Assembly (NCBI RefSeq): GCF_001194135.2
Contig: NC_068997.1
Location: 25,762,205-25,801,740 of the forward strand
Origin: Octopus bimaculoides
Taxonomy: Eukaryota
Length of the DNA: 39,536 nt
Direction: 5' to 3'
Every line of letters begins with the position of its first letter. Position 1 is the first letter of the stretch. The position numbers and the translations under genes are program-made. Positions 11,683 to 23,672 of this stretch are shown one piece after another. The notes beneath the pieces were generated by a model that had not been told where the DNA came from, ran no database searches, and worked only from the letters and a program-made list of their open reading frames with translations.

Positions 11683-12170
11683 AAAATCACTTCTCCGCCC
11701 TCTCAAATTCTCCAACCACTTAGCCAAAAGGTGCTTTTCCCTTTTCTCGGTACATGCTTCGTCCCGCTTCCAGTTCGTTGCTTCACAGGGTTCAATATAC
11801 ACATAATTTTTCACGTCTGGCCGTATAGCCTTTTCCGTTTGTTTTCCTGTCTTGTTTTCTGTCCGCCACTACATTCCTCCATGGTACAAATTTAATTTTG
11901 TATACAAATTTAATTTGTGGTCCGTGGGAAGAGCCATTTTAACGATGCGTCCTGTCCTAACTCTTCGAAACGCCTGTGTTAGAATGGGGGTGGCTAATGA
12001 AGGAAAATGTTCTCTATGTGGCCTGTTTGTTTTCTGTACTCTGGTTATTATTATTTTTTGTCTACGTTTTGTTTGCAATGTCCTGTACCCAGATATGCAC
12101 CTATATATACAGGTAGATGTAGGTATGCACATACTTGTACGTATATATGCATATACTCATTTATTATTTG

Positions 12171-12241
<71 letters not shown>

Positions 12242-12373
12242 CACACACACAAACACACACACACACACATACACACGTGTATACATGTGTGTGTTTGTAT
12301 GACATATGTGTGTGTGTTTATGCAGTTAAAATATCTATTAAAGAGATGTCGCCACGGAAACCTTACACTTCCG

Positions 12374-12413
<40 letters not shown>

Positions 12414-14094
12414 ACGATCAGACGAACTGAATTAGAAAAATGATTTACAGAGGCTATCAACAGAATAGTAAATGAATTAGTGACAGAGGAAGTAGAAAGG
12501 CATGAATCACGTGGATAGATAATAACAAGAAATGAATAACTTTGAAATACAATAAACATATATTAGGAAAACTAATACCGATTTATAGTGTACAACAGGC
12601 TGTGTATATTCATATATTTACGTATGGATGTATGAATTCGAGCGTGTGTAATGACTGTATGGATGTGTGTATGGTTGAACGTATTAAAGTAAAGATACAT
12701 ACATTCATATGTGCGTGTGTGTGTTTGTATATGTTCGTAATGTGTACATGTATGTACATATATATATAATATACATACGCATATGCATACGTATGTTTGC
12801 ATGTGTGTAATGGGTGGCTCTGTGTGTATGTGTATATATATACATATACATACGTATATATGTATATATATATATATAAACATGCACGTATGTGTTTATA
12901 TATATATATATATATGTATGTATAGATATATTTATATACATATAGATATCCATCCATNNNNNNNNNNNNNNNNNNNNNNNNNNNNNNNNNNNNNNNNNNN
13001 NNNNNNNNNNNNNNNNNNNNNNNNNNNNNNNNNNNNNNNNNNNNNNNNNNNNNNNNNNNNNNNNNNNNNNNNNNNNNNNNNNNNNNNNNNNNNNNNNNNN
13101 NNNNNNNNNNNNNNNNNNNNNNNNNNNNNNNNNNNNNNNNNNNNNNNNNNNNNNNNNNNNNNNNNNNNNNNNNNNNNNNNNNNNNNNNNNNNNNNNNNNN
13201 NNNNNNNNNNNNNNNNNNNNNNNNNNNNNNNNNNNNNNNNNNNNNNNNNNNNNNNNNNNNNNNNNNNNNNNNNNNNNNNNNNNNNNNNNNNNNNNNNNNN
13301 NNNNNNNNNNNNNNNNNNNNNNNNNNNNNNNNNNNNNNNNNNNNNNNNNNNNNNNNNNNNNNNNNNNNNNNNNNNNNNNNNNNNNNNNNNNNNNNNNNNN
13401 NNNNNNNNNNNNNNNNNNNNNNNNNNNNNNNNNNNNNNNNNNNNNNNNNNNNNNNNNNNNNNNNNNNNNNNNNNNNNNNNNNNNNNNNNNNNNNNNNNNN
13501 NNNNNNNNNNNNNNNNNNNNNNNNNNNNNNNNNNNNNNNNNNNNNNNNNNNNNNNNNNATGAAGGTATAGCATGTGGGATATGCAAACATATAGAAAAGA
13601 TATATGTCAAAAAACCCTTAGAAACACAAGGCACCCAAAAAGCCTACAAACATTATAGATAGATCGCTATAGGCACTCCAATGCACATCTATATGTGTTG
13701 GTTCGTGTGCACAGCCTTACTCGGATGTCCCCTTACTCTCATGTGTGCATATACAAGTTTTTATAAGCAAACATTCCACCACATACGTTGTTTGTGGCAT
13801 CAGCTCTATTAGCCGTATCTAGAAAGCTGGAAGTGTTTTTTAGAAAGGAGGTTTTGTTGAGTGTGTGTGTGTCATTTCTGTATATATTGGAAGGTTCTAT
13901 GTAGAAGTTCATTTTATACAAGTTATTAATGTTCTAGTAGCAATAACAGTGAAGGTATATATATATATACACTTCCATTTAAAATGTCCTATTTTCCCTC
14001 TCCCTCTCAGTTACCACTCTTCCATTTTCCCTCTTTCCACATATGCGTCCAACGTGTAAATTCCATCTTGTGTACCTATATTAATTACTTGCAA

Positions 14095-14117
14095 ATAATA
14101 ATAACAATAACAACAAC

Positions 14118-14190
<73 letters not shown>

Positions 14191-14208
14191 GTAATAATAA
14201 TAATAATA
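14095..14208. repeat. (AAT)n microsatellite abutting the Dong/R4 fragment
   Basis: About 37 AAT/AAC units, direct reading. Confidence 0.95.
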
Positions 14209-14402
14209 TACAGCAAGACATGACAGAGTTGGCCAGTATTTACACTGGACAATATGTCAGCATTATAAAATCAAAAGCGCTGACAAATGGTATAAACACC
14301 ATCCTGAAGCTGTGACTGAGGGAGAAAATGTATCGATTCTCTGAGACTTCCCCGTACATACCGACAAGACTATAAAAGCTAATAAACCGGATATTATTAT
14401 AA
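14207..14402 (+). mobile_element. R4/Dong-clade non-LTR retrotransposon, 5'-truncated, restriction-like endonuclease region (pseudogenised)
   Basis: Translates as YTARHDRVGQYLHWTICQHYKIKSADKWYKHHPEAVTEGENVSIL*DFPVHTDKTIKANKPDIII. This matches the R4-clade RHD..HW..C...WY.H.P....WDF...TD...N.PDI signature that leads into the PD-(D/E)XK nuclease. The W codon is mutated to TGA at 14342-14344. The fragment runs into the gap 14403-14801. Confidence 0.92.
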
Positions 14403-15287
14403 NNNNNNNNNNNNNNNNNNNNNNNNNNNNNNNNNNNNNNNNNNNNNNNNNNNNNNNNNNNNNNNNNNNNNNNNNNNNNNNNNNNNNNNNNNNNNNNNNN
14501 NNNNNNNNNNNNNNNNNNNNNNNNNNNNNNNNNNNNNNNNNNNNNNNNNNNNNNNNNNNNNNNNNNNNNNNNNNNNNNNNNNNNNNNNNNNNNNNNNNNN
14601 NNNNNNNNNNNNNNNNNNNNNNNNNNNNNNNNNNNNNNNNNNNNNNNNNNNNNNNNNNNNNNNNNNNNNNNNNNNNNNNNNNNNNNNNNNNNNNNNNNNN
14701 NNNNNNNNNNNNNNNNNNNNNNNNNNNNNNNNNNNNNNNNNNNNNNNNNNNNNNNNNNNNNNNNNNNNNNNNNNNNNNNNNNNNNNNNNNNNNNNNNNNN
14801 NTTCTTAAATACATGTTTTACCTATGAATTTGCGTGTGTAAATTGGGAATGCATACAACGAGTTTCTCTGCCCCGGAAAACACTCGGCGAGAAATGGGAG
14901 AAAATTTGAAGAAAGAAGAAAAAAGAACAACATAATAATAATAATAATAATAATAAAAGTGTGCTGCCTTGACAAAAATCTGAATTTCCCAATTAACCTT
15001 ATAAGAAAAGCGCACGTGATATATCGAATGTCAAGTACTGCCCTCATTGCCTCATACATACATGCTGACATATATACCTACATATAAAGACACGTATTCT
15101 ATAGTCATACGTACATACACGTGCGCACCCACGCATGAATGTACGCATGTACGTATGTATATGTATTTCTGGCTAAATATATAAATATGCATGTATGTGT
15201 GTGCGAGCGAGAAAAAGTGGCAGATAGACAGGCTACCTCTGCGCATAGGTAGATTTATATATGCAATTATGTATGCATGTATGTATG

Positions 15288-15344
<57 letters not shown>

Positions 15345-15659
15345 ATATATACATACACATATATATACATACATACGTACATATGTATATATACATATAT
15401 CAATTTAAATAAGAGCCATAACGCAATCCATATATATACACACACACACATATATACATATATATATAAATACATACATGTATGTATATATAGATATATG
15501 TATATATATAAACATATAAATCATATATACATTGGTGTGGGTGTGTCTATGTATGTATATACGTTTATGAACTTGTTCTCCCTCTCGGTGTGATAATGCA
15601 TGGCGTGTGTGTGTGTGTGTGTGTGTTTGTGTGTGTAGGTATGTTTACGTGTATGTGTA

Positions 15660-15710
<51 letters not shown>

Positions 15711-15713
<3 letters not shown>

Positions 15714-15855
15714 AATTTGTGCATATGCATAGGCTGGTCAAATACAAAACTTAGTGACGTGGTGAGTACGACAACACGTTTTTTTTGTTTTTAATATTAG
15801 ATAAAAACGGAAACGAAATATTATTAAAACTGCATATATATATATATATAAAGAA

Positions 15856-15908
<53 letters not shown>

Positions 15909-16216
15909 GGTTGCGNNNNNNNNNNNNNNNNNNNNNNNNNNNNNNNNNNNNNNNNNNNNNNNNNNNNNNNNNNNNNNNNNNNNNNNNNNNNNNNNNNNNN
16001 NNNNNNNNNNNNNNNNNNNNNNNNNNNNNNNNNNNNNNNNNNNNNNNNNNNGTGTGTGTGTGTGTGTGTGTATAAATTTGTGCATATGCATAGGCTGGTC
16101 AAATACAAAACTTAGTGACGTGGTGAGTACGACAACACGTTTTTTTTGTTTTTAATATTAGATAAAAACGGAAACGAAATATTATTAAAACTGCATATAT
16201 ATATATATATAAAGAA

Positions 16217-16272
<56 letters not shown>

Positions 16273-16276
16273 GGTT
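15711..16276. other. Identical ~205-bp segment on both sides of an N-gap (probable false duplication)
   Basis: 15711-15915 equals 16072-16276 (offset 361), separated by N 15916-16051. Confidence 0.85.
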
Positions 16277-16319
16277 GCGTGTTGTGTATGTGTGCGTGTT
16301 TTTTTTTTTTTGTGTCTAG

Positions 16320-16343
16320 GTCTACTGGCCTACTTTGAAAGGG
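16320..16343 (+). CDS. Candidate 24-nt micro-exon
   Basis: gtttttttttttttgtgtctag|GTCTACTGGCCTACTTTGAAAGGG|gtgaga. Strong U-tract acceptor and GTGAG donor. Open in phase 1 (GLLAYFER) and phase 0 (VYWPTLKG). Confidence 0.45.
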
Positions 16344-16619
16344 GTGAGAAATTTAGTCCCTATCTGAAATAATTTTTACCATTTCTTTGTGATTTTTGTT
16401 GTATTATTGTTGTTTTATTTTAATGTTATCTGATTATTTATTGTTGTGTTTATTGTCTGTTTTTGTTATTGATTTCGCCCTATTTCGTTTATACAATGCA
16501 ACGAATATTAATTCGTTCATTCGTTCGTTTGGTGCATTGGCGGTTTAACGAGATTAATAGGAACACCACGTTAACGAAAATAATGACAATAATATTGTCT
16601 TTTTTTTTTAACTATTAGC

Positions 16620-16745
16620 AGGCAGCCTGAAATTACGGGAGTAGGGGCTAGGCGAAAATACATGGGTCCCAGTGCTCATCTGATGCTTATTTTCATCATC
16701 GTCGTAAGGATTAACAGCAACGTCGACTCGGTTGCCGGCTCTATG
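16620..16745 (-). mobile_element. Old SINE family B, 3' half
   Basis: Reverse complement CCGAGTCGACGTTGCTGTTAATCCTTACGACGATGATGAAAATAAGCATCAGATGAGCACTGGGACCCATG...AATTTCAGGC aligns with the B body and tail type 1. Confidence 0.6.
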
Positions 16746-16812
16746 GCTATTCTGGCAATCCATCGCACGTCTGTTAAACCAACCCAAAGACTGTGAATAT
16801 GTGTTTGTAGAA

Positions 16813-16896
16813 GGCGGCGAGCTAGCAGAAATGTTAACACGCCGGGCGAAATGCTTCGCGGTATTTCGTCTGCCGCTACGTTCTGAGTTCAAATTC
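16813..16896 (+). mobile_element. SINE family B, head only
   Basis: GGCGGCGAGCTAGCAGAAATGTTAACACGCCGGGCGAAATGCTTCGCGG...GAGTTCAAATTC matches 19163 onward and stops just after the B-box. Confidence 0.85.
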
Positions 16897-17092
16897 GAAA
16901 ACAACACGAAAATGAAAAAAATACATATACAGCAAAAAAAAAGTCTTAGAGCTGTAACACAAGACAAAATGCGTAACGCGAAGGAGAAAAGAAAACTGCC
17001 CTAAAGGACTGACTATAAACATGGGAGAAGTAGAGCGAGGAGCTCAGAAAATCTTGACCAGTGCGATCGAAGGCAAGGTGCTAAAGGAATGA

Positions 17093-17104
17093 AATATATG
17101 TGTG

Positions 17105-17148
<44 letters not shown>

Positions 17149-17201
17149 TGTATACATATACGTATATGTTTATATATATATATATACGTATATGTATATA
17201 T

Positions 17202-17272
<71 letters not shown>

Positions 17273-17375
17273 TATTTGTGTGNNNNNNNNNNNNNNNNNN
17301 NNNNNNNNNNNNNNNNNNNNNNNNNNNNNNNNNNNNNNNNNNNNNNNNNNNNNNNNNNNNNNNAATATATGTGTG

Positions 17376-17419
<44 letters not shown>

Positions 17420-17472
17420 TGTATACATATACGTATATGTTTATATATATATATATACGTATATGTATATAT

Positions 17473-17543
<71 letters not shown>

Positions 17544-17553
17544 TATTTGTGTG
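17093..17553. other. Identical ~190-bp microsatellite block on both sides of an N-gap (probable false duplication)
   Basis: 17093-17282 equals 17364-17553 (offset 271), with gap 17283-17363 between them. Confidence 0.85.
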
Positions 17554-17574
17554 TGTGTGTGTGTGTGTGTGTGT

Positions 17575-17886
17575 GATGGTGCGTGGCTTAGTGGTTAGAG
17601 TATTCGGCTCGCGATCGTAGGGTCACGAATTCGATTCCCAGCGGCGTGTAGTGTCCTTGAGCAAGACACTTTATTTCATGTTGTTCCGGTCCACGCATCT
17701 GGCAAAAATGAGTAGTACTTATCTTTCAAGGATTCCAGCCTTATCACGCTGAATCTCCCTGAGAAGTATGTGAATGGTTACGCGTATCTGTGGAGTACTC
17801 AGCCACTTGCGCGTTAATCTCACGAGCAAGCTGTTCCGTTGATCGGATCAACTGGAACCCTCATCGTCGTAAGTGACGGAATGCCA
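17575..17886 (+). mobile_element. SINE family D: tRNA-like head, CORE-like domain and the tail shared with family C
   Basis: Head GGTGCGTGGCTTAGTGGTTAGAG...GAATTCGATTCCC, then a CORE-like GTCCTTGAGCAAGACACTTTA. The 3' ~150 bp (CTGTGGAGTACTCAGCCACTTG...GGAACCCTCATCGTCGTAAGTGACGGAATGCCA) match the reverse complement of 20940-21090. Confidence 0.85.
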
Positions 17887-17896
17887 GTTTTATATA

Positions 17897-17934
<38 letters not shown>

Positions 17935-18345
17935 TACACATACAGACACTCACACACACACACATACAATAAGCACACACATAATATAATGTCGAAACCA
18001 CTAGGCTGAACGCTTATCTTATTGGTAGAAACACAACATCAGAATCGTAATTGTTTCCAAAATTATTTTATCTGTCATCACAATGAAACAATTATATCAC
18101 GTGACAGTCATTTTAGCCGTGTAAAACTCACAGAAGCTCTTAGACCCTCTTACGTTATTCCTTTCAACGTTTCTATCTTCAATGAATGCTTATAAGAAAG
18201 AGGAAAATGTAATGTAATATCGGGTAAACACACACCAACGCATGAGCACAGATGCGCACACACACACATGTCAAACACTTTGTTCGCCATTATCCTGGAT
18301 ATTATTTTTCCTCTGAATTGTACACACACATACACACACACACAT

Positions 18346-18397
<52 letters not shown>

Positions 18398-18672
18398 TAT
18401 ATATAATATATACTATAATATATATACATATATATGTATATAATATATGCAAATAGGTGTGTGTATGTGTGTGTGTATACATATATTTATATGCATACAT
18501 TCACACACGCGCACTAGCACATATGTATACGTTCAGACAAGGCTGTCTGTATTTTCGAGTTTACTCCCTGTGATTATTACAACCACCACCACCACCACCA
18601 ATACTACTACTGCTGCTGCTGAGAACAAATATCTATCTCCTCTTATATAGATCAAACAGCAACAGCTATATT

Positions 18673-18868
18673 CTTTTCTACTCTAGTCACAAGTTCCGAA
18701 ATTTTGCGAGAAGGGCGCCAGTACGTAACTGGTATTTAATTTATCAACTCCGAAAGGATGAAAGGCAAAGTCGACCTCGGCGGAATTTGAACTCAGAACG
18801 TAAAGACAGACGCAATACCGCTAAGCATTTCGCCCGGCGTGCTAACGATTCTGCCAGCTCGCTGCCTT
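18673..18868 (-). mobile_element. SINE family B (tail type 1) with a 16-bp TSD
   Basis: Body matches 19163 onward in reverse. CAGCAACAGCTATATT is present at 18657-18672 and at 18869-18884. Confidence 0.92.
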
Positions 18869-18973
18869 CAGCAACAGCTATATTAACAGCACCACCAACA
18901 ACAACATTAGCAACACGACTAATGCAAAGCTTTCCTTTTCTCTATGAATTGGTGTAATTCATAGTTTTATCTA

Positions 18974-19105
18974 GGGAGCTGGCAGAACTGTTAGCGTGCC
19001 GGACAGTATACTAAGTAACATTTCTTCTGGTTCTTTACATTTTGAGTTTGAATAACGCAAATGTCAACTTTACCTTCCATCCATACAGTCCGATGAAAGC
19101 TTAAC
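18974..19105 (+). mobile_element. Old SINE family B copy
   Basis: GAGCTGGCAGAACTGTTAGCGTGCCGGACAG...GAGTTTGAAT...GTCAACTTTACCTTCCATCC; diverged match to the B consensus. Confidence 0.65.
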
Positions 19106-19162
19106 TCGCCGAAACTTCGAAATCACTGTCAACAACATTCTTTAATAATACATTAGTACTAT

Positions 19163-19398
19163 GGCGGCGAGCTGGCAGAAACGTTAGCACACCGGGCGAA
19201 ATGCTTAACGGTATTTCGTCTACCGCTATGTTCTGAGTTCAAATTCCGCCGAGCTCGACTTTGCCTTTCATCCTTTCGGAGTCGATTAAATAAGTACCAG
19301 TTACGCACTGGGGTCGCTATAATCGATTTAACCCGTTTGGCTGTCCTTGTTTGTCCCCTATGTGTGTAGCCCCTTATGGGCAGTAAAGAAATAAGAAA
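19163..19398 (+). mobile_element. Full-length SINE family B (tail type 2)
   Basis: GGCGGCGAGCTGGCAGAAACGTTAGCAC...GAGTTCAAATTCC (B-box)...GCCTTTCATCCTTTCGGAGTCGATTAAATAAGTACCAGTT...GGGCAGTAAAGAAATAAGAAA. Confidence 0.9.
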
Positions 19399-19813
19399 CA
19401 AATGATTTTGTTTATGATGATCAAATGTAAATATTGTACATTAGCTCACTCCCTCCATTGAATTGACGTTGCCTGAATTGGTGCCACACGTCAGGTGTCG
19501 GAATGATCGCGGAGCAGCGTGAGATGAGATGTTTTGCTCGAGAAAACAACGCACCACCCGCTCTGAGAATTGATATCATGATCTTGCGATCATGAGTATA
19601 ACACCCTAACACTAGACCATTCATCCTCACTACACACACACACATACACAAACGTACTCTGAGTGAACATGAAAGAAAGAGAGAGAGGGAGGGGTAGCTG
19701 TACGACGAAGCGAATGGGAGTTATAGAAGGAAATAAAAGCAAATAAGGGAATCAAATACACAGAGGGTGGTTTGTAGTGACAGAGAGTAGAATCAAATGG
19801 CGGTAAGAAAGAG

Positions 19814-19844
<31 letters not shown>

Positions 19845-20470
19845 AGCACAAGATAGCAGGATAGGATTGGTGGCCAGGAAGCTCAATACAAAAAGCACGA
19901 GAGAGAAAGGAGCAGGAGAGTGGGGAGTGACAGAGGAGGATTATATAAAACAAAAGCCAGCAGATAAATATACGAAGTAACTAAAACATAACATTCGCAG
20001 CAATGAAACCACGTTATTAGCTATTCAAAAACACAAAATGGCTATTAACTTAACTTAAGCATTTATTATATCTTATAGTTTAAGTGAAATTAACAGTCTG
20101 TGTGATTTTTTGAACGACTAATATCTGCCTTCCGCACAGCAATCGTTTCAGTTTTAACGTACAGTCTCACATAAAATCGTTTGCATAGAAAGTACACCTC
20201 CGAAAGCTAAAATATAGTTATTTGGTAGGCTAAAACAGACAGCCATGTTGGATTAGACAAGAGACTACAATTTGATCGGTTCATTGTTATCAATGAGTGA
20301 ATGACTGAGGTGGAAATTATAAAAGAATATCAGATTTATTTATGTCAGTATTATGTTCCGCAATGCATACGTATATAGATATATGTGTGTTTAAATATAT
20401 ATTTGTGTTAATGTATATACACTTTTTTTACGTATATTATATACGTATATAAATACTCAAACACATATAC

Positions 20471-20670
20471 ATTTATTTCTTTATTGCCCAAGCATAGAGG
20501 GGACAAAGAAAGACAGACAAAGGGATTAAGTTGATCACATCGACCTCAGCGCGTAACTGGTACTTGACCCCGTAAGGATGAAAAGCAAAATTGATCTCGG
20601 CGGATTTGAACTTAGAACATAACAGCAGACAAAATACCGCTAGTCATTTCGCCCGGCGTGCTAACTGTTT
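20471..20670 (-). mobile_element. SINE family B (tail type 2)
   Basis: TTTCTTTATTGCCC...GGACAAAGAAAGACAGACAAAGGGATTAAG...CATTTCGCCCGGCGTGCTAAC is the reverse complement of the 19163 copy, with deletions. Confidence 0.85.
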
Positions 20671-20939
20671 TGAAATGCCTGAATGTGTCGAGATACCTAC
20701 CGTTAGGGGTCTGCGAAGCTTGAAACAGCACCGAACCGAATCAAGCTGTTTTAAATAATACATGTAACTCCTGCTAAATATGTTGAGTGCCCTTTTTCCT
20801 TCGTTTGTCCTCTCACTCGTATAAATATACGTGTGTGTGTTTGTGTGTGTAGTTCTTTTTTGTTTATATCGTTTATTTCTTTAGCCAATTCCGAATTCTA
20901 AAGTAGAAAGTTAAAAGTTCCGTTTTAAGCCATTTTGCA

Positions 20940-21323
20940 GTTGTTGGCACTCCGTCGCTTACGACGACGAGGGTTCCAATTGATCCAATCAACGGAACAG
21001 CCTGCTCGTGAAATTAACGTGCAAGTGGCTGAGCACTCCACAGACACGTGTACCCTTAACGTAGTTCTCGGGGATATTCAGCGTGACACAGAGTGTGACA
21101 AGGCTGATCCTTTGAATTAGAGGCACAACAGAAACAGGAAGTAAGAGTGAGAGAAAGTTGTGGTGGAAGAGTACAGCAGGGTTCGCCACCATCCCCTGCC
21201 GGAGCCTCATAGAGCTTTAGGTGTTTTCGCTCAATAAACACTCACAACGCCCGGTCTGGGAATCGAAACCGCGATCCTATGACCGCGAGTCCACTGCCCT
21301 AACCACTGGGCCATTGCACCTCC
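20940..21323 (-). mobile_element. Full-length SINE family C (about 385 bp)
   Basis: Minus strand GGAGGTGCAATGGCCCAGTGGTTAGGGCAG...GGTTTCGATTCCCAGACC (A and B boxes) through ...GACGGAGTGCCAACAAC. The head matches 9168-9287 and the tail matches 17740-17886. Confidence 0.9.
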
Positions 21324-22416
21324 ACTCATTTAGCAGTAGTGAAACAGAGGAGGGAAAGGAGGATTTTTGCTTGAATGCTATGTAAGAAGTAAAATATGAG
21401 CACAAGGATTGAGTGGGAGAAGTGCAATGATCGTAACTGAAGAAAGTCGTATCACCGTAATTGAAACTTCAGAAAGGTGTAAAAGATCACAATTAGAAAA
21501 AACAAAAGGGGCGGTTGCGATAGTGTTAGAGTAAAGTAAGATGAGTGTAATAGTATTTACCAGCATCAGGAGAAGGGAGAAGTGGAATGAGGGACAGACG
21601 AATGTACCGAGGCAAGCTGGAAGGAAAATTAGTTGAGTGCATGTCTGCGTTTAGTAAGTTGGAACCAAATTAAGAATGAGATACAGAGAGAGGAGAAAAT
21701 AAAACAGCAAAAAAAGAAGAAATTGAACAGGAAACGTAGGAGCAGAAGGAAATGAAAAAATGAAATAGAAAATTACACACACGCACATATATATATACAT
21801 ATATATACATACACACACACACAGAGATTATATAGGTTCTCGCCTGAAGATTGCAATATCGTGAAACTCGAACCGCAAGACAATACTCGCACTTTCAGTT
21901 TCAATAATAGATCATTTCTGTTACGTAAACCAGCGTACATGCATAGACACACACATACACACATACATTTATATATGCATGTATGTATGTATGTGTGAAT
22001 ATATATNNNNNNNNNNNNNNNNNNNNNNNNNNNNNNNNNNNNNNNNNNNNNNNNNNNNNNNNNNNNNNNNNNNNNNNNNNNNNNNNNNNNNNNNNNNNNN
22101 NNNNNNNNNNNNNNNNNNNNNNNNNNNNNNNNNNNNNNNNNNNNNNNNNNNNNNNNNNNNNNNNNNNNNNNNNNNNNNNNNNNNNNNNNNNNNNNNNNNN
22201 NNNNNNNNNNNNNNNNNNNNNNNNNNNNNNNNNNNNNNNNNNNNNNNNNNNNNNNNNNNNNNNNNNNNNNNNNNNNNNNNNNNNNNNNNNNNNNNNNNNN
22301 NNNNNNNNNNNNNNNNNNNNNNNNNNNNNNNNNNNNNNNNNNNNNNNNNNNNNNNNNNNNNNNNNNNNNNNNNNNNNNNNNNNNNNNNNNNNNNNNNNNN
22401 NNNNNNNNNNNNNNNN

Positions 22417-22456
<40 letters not shown>

Positions 22457-22911
22457 ACTACAGAAAAGACATAGAAAGTGTAAGAGAAGGAGTATATGTA
22501 TGTGTGCTTTTGCTTTTGTGTGAAGGAAAGAAGTAGAGAGTATAAAAGGAAGCAGCACAAGTTCAGTCTTGGTGAACAAGTATTCTTATAAATTTGTATT
22601 TAGAGAAAATAACTCACTGTGTAAACGGCTTATAGGTATATAATGTGGTATCTTTAATGTAGCGAGTTAGCGCTTGTATATGTGTATATGTGTGTGTGTG
22701 TGTGTGTGCGTGTTTATATGCATATAAGAAGGAAAAGCATCTAGTAATCTGATTATCAAAGTAAGAACCATAATGAAGAGTGAAATCAGGGGGAGGGTGG
22801 AAGCAGAAGAGGATTATGCTGATGTAGTGAAGATTGTAATATTGCCGATGATAGTGATGATAGTGGTGACGATAGCGAGGATTACATTGAAAAAGTAGAA
22901 CGAGATGGATG

Positions 22912-22913
22912 TT

Positions 22914-22975
<62 letters not shown>

Positions 22976-22976
22976 T

Positions 22977-23047
<71 letters not shown>
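22912..23047. repeat. (GTA)n(GCA)n(GTA)n compound microsatellite
   Basis: Direct reading; source of the poly-V/A and poly-T/A ORFs. Confidence 0.96.
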
Positions 23048-23551
23048 CGGTCGATCGGTAGATGAGGAAGGAAAACAGGGTGAAGTAAATAAATTGGATG
23101 GAAAAGAAAGGAGAGAAGAAAAAGGAAAAGGAACCTGATGAAGAATGACTACAGGGGGGAGAGAGAGAGAGAGAGAGAGTGACAGACAGAGACTGAGGGA
23201 GAAGGAGAGAAAGAGAGCTGAATCAGTATACAAGGTGGAGGGGTGGGGGGAGCACACAAGTGACGATGAAGAAATAGGCATTGTGAGGAACCGTAGTTGT
23301 GTGGTGGCAGATGGTAATACGCATTCATCAGTTTCACTATTGCTTTTCATTCATTTACTCCAAAGAGACTATCAGAGAGAGGGGGGAGGGAGAGAGAAAG
23401 ACGGATGGACGGACGGACGGACAGCCAGACAAACAGACATTCTTGACACTTCCTGGTCTGTCTTAGATGCTGTAACTGAACACCATTAAACATTGCTTGT
23501 TGCTCTTGTAATAGTAGAAGTTGTTATTGTTATTGTACACCAATAGACACT

Positions 23552-23569
23552 GAGGTGGTGGTGGTGGTG

Positions 23570-23625
<56 letters not shown>

Positions 23626-23672
23626 TGTTGTTGTTGTTGTTGGTGGTGGTGGTTGTGGTTGTGGTGCTGGTG
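23552..23672. repeat. (GGT)n(AGT)n(TGT)n(GGT)n compound microsatellite
   Basis: Direct reading. Confidence 0.95.

Noticed and set aside
15711-16276. Apparent 205-bp tandem duplication, including a 29-nt exon-like segment (15733-15761 and 16094-16122, gtgagt donor)
   Set aside because: The copies are base-identical and sit on either side of an N-gap, typical of unmerged contig overlaps. The exon-like piece has a weak acceptor and is not frame-preserving.
17093-17553. Apparent 190-bp duplication
   Set aside because: Identical copies flank an 81-N gap; most likely an assembly artefact.
19797-19808. ATGGCG|gtaaga, resembling a two-codon first exon
   Set aside because: No supporting promoter evidence beyond a nearby CpG-rich patch; expected by chance in 39 kb.
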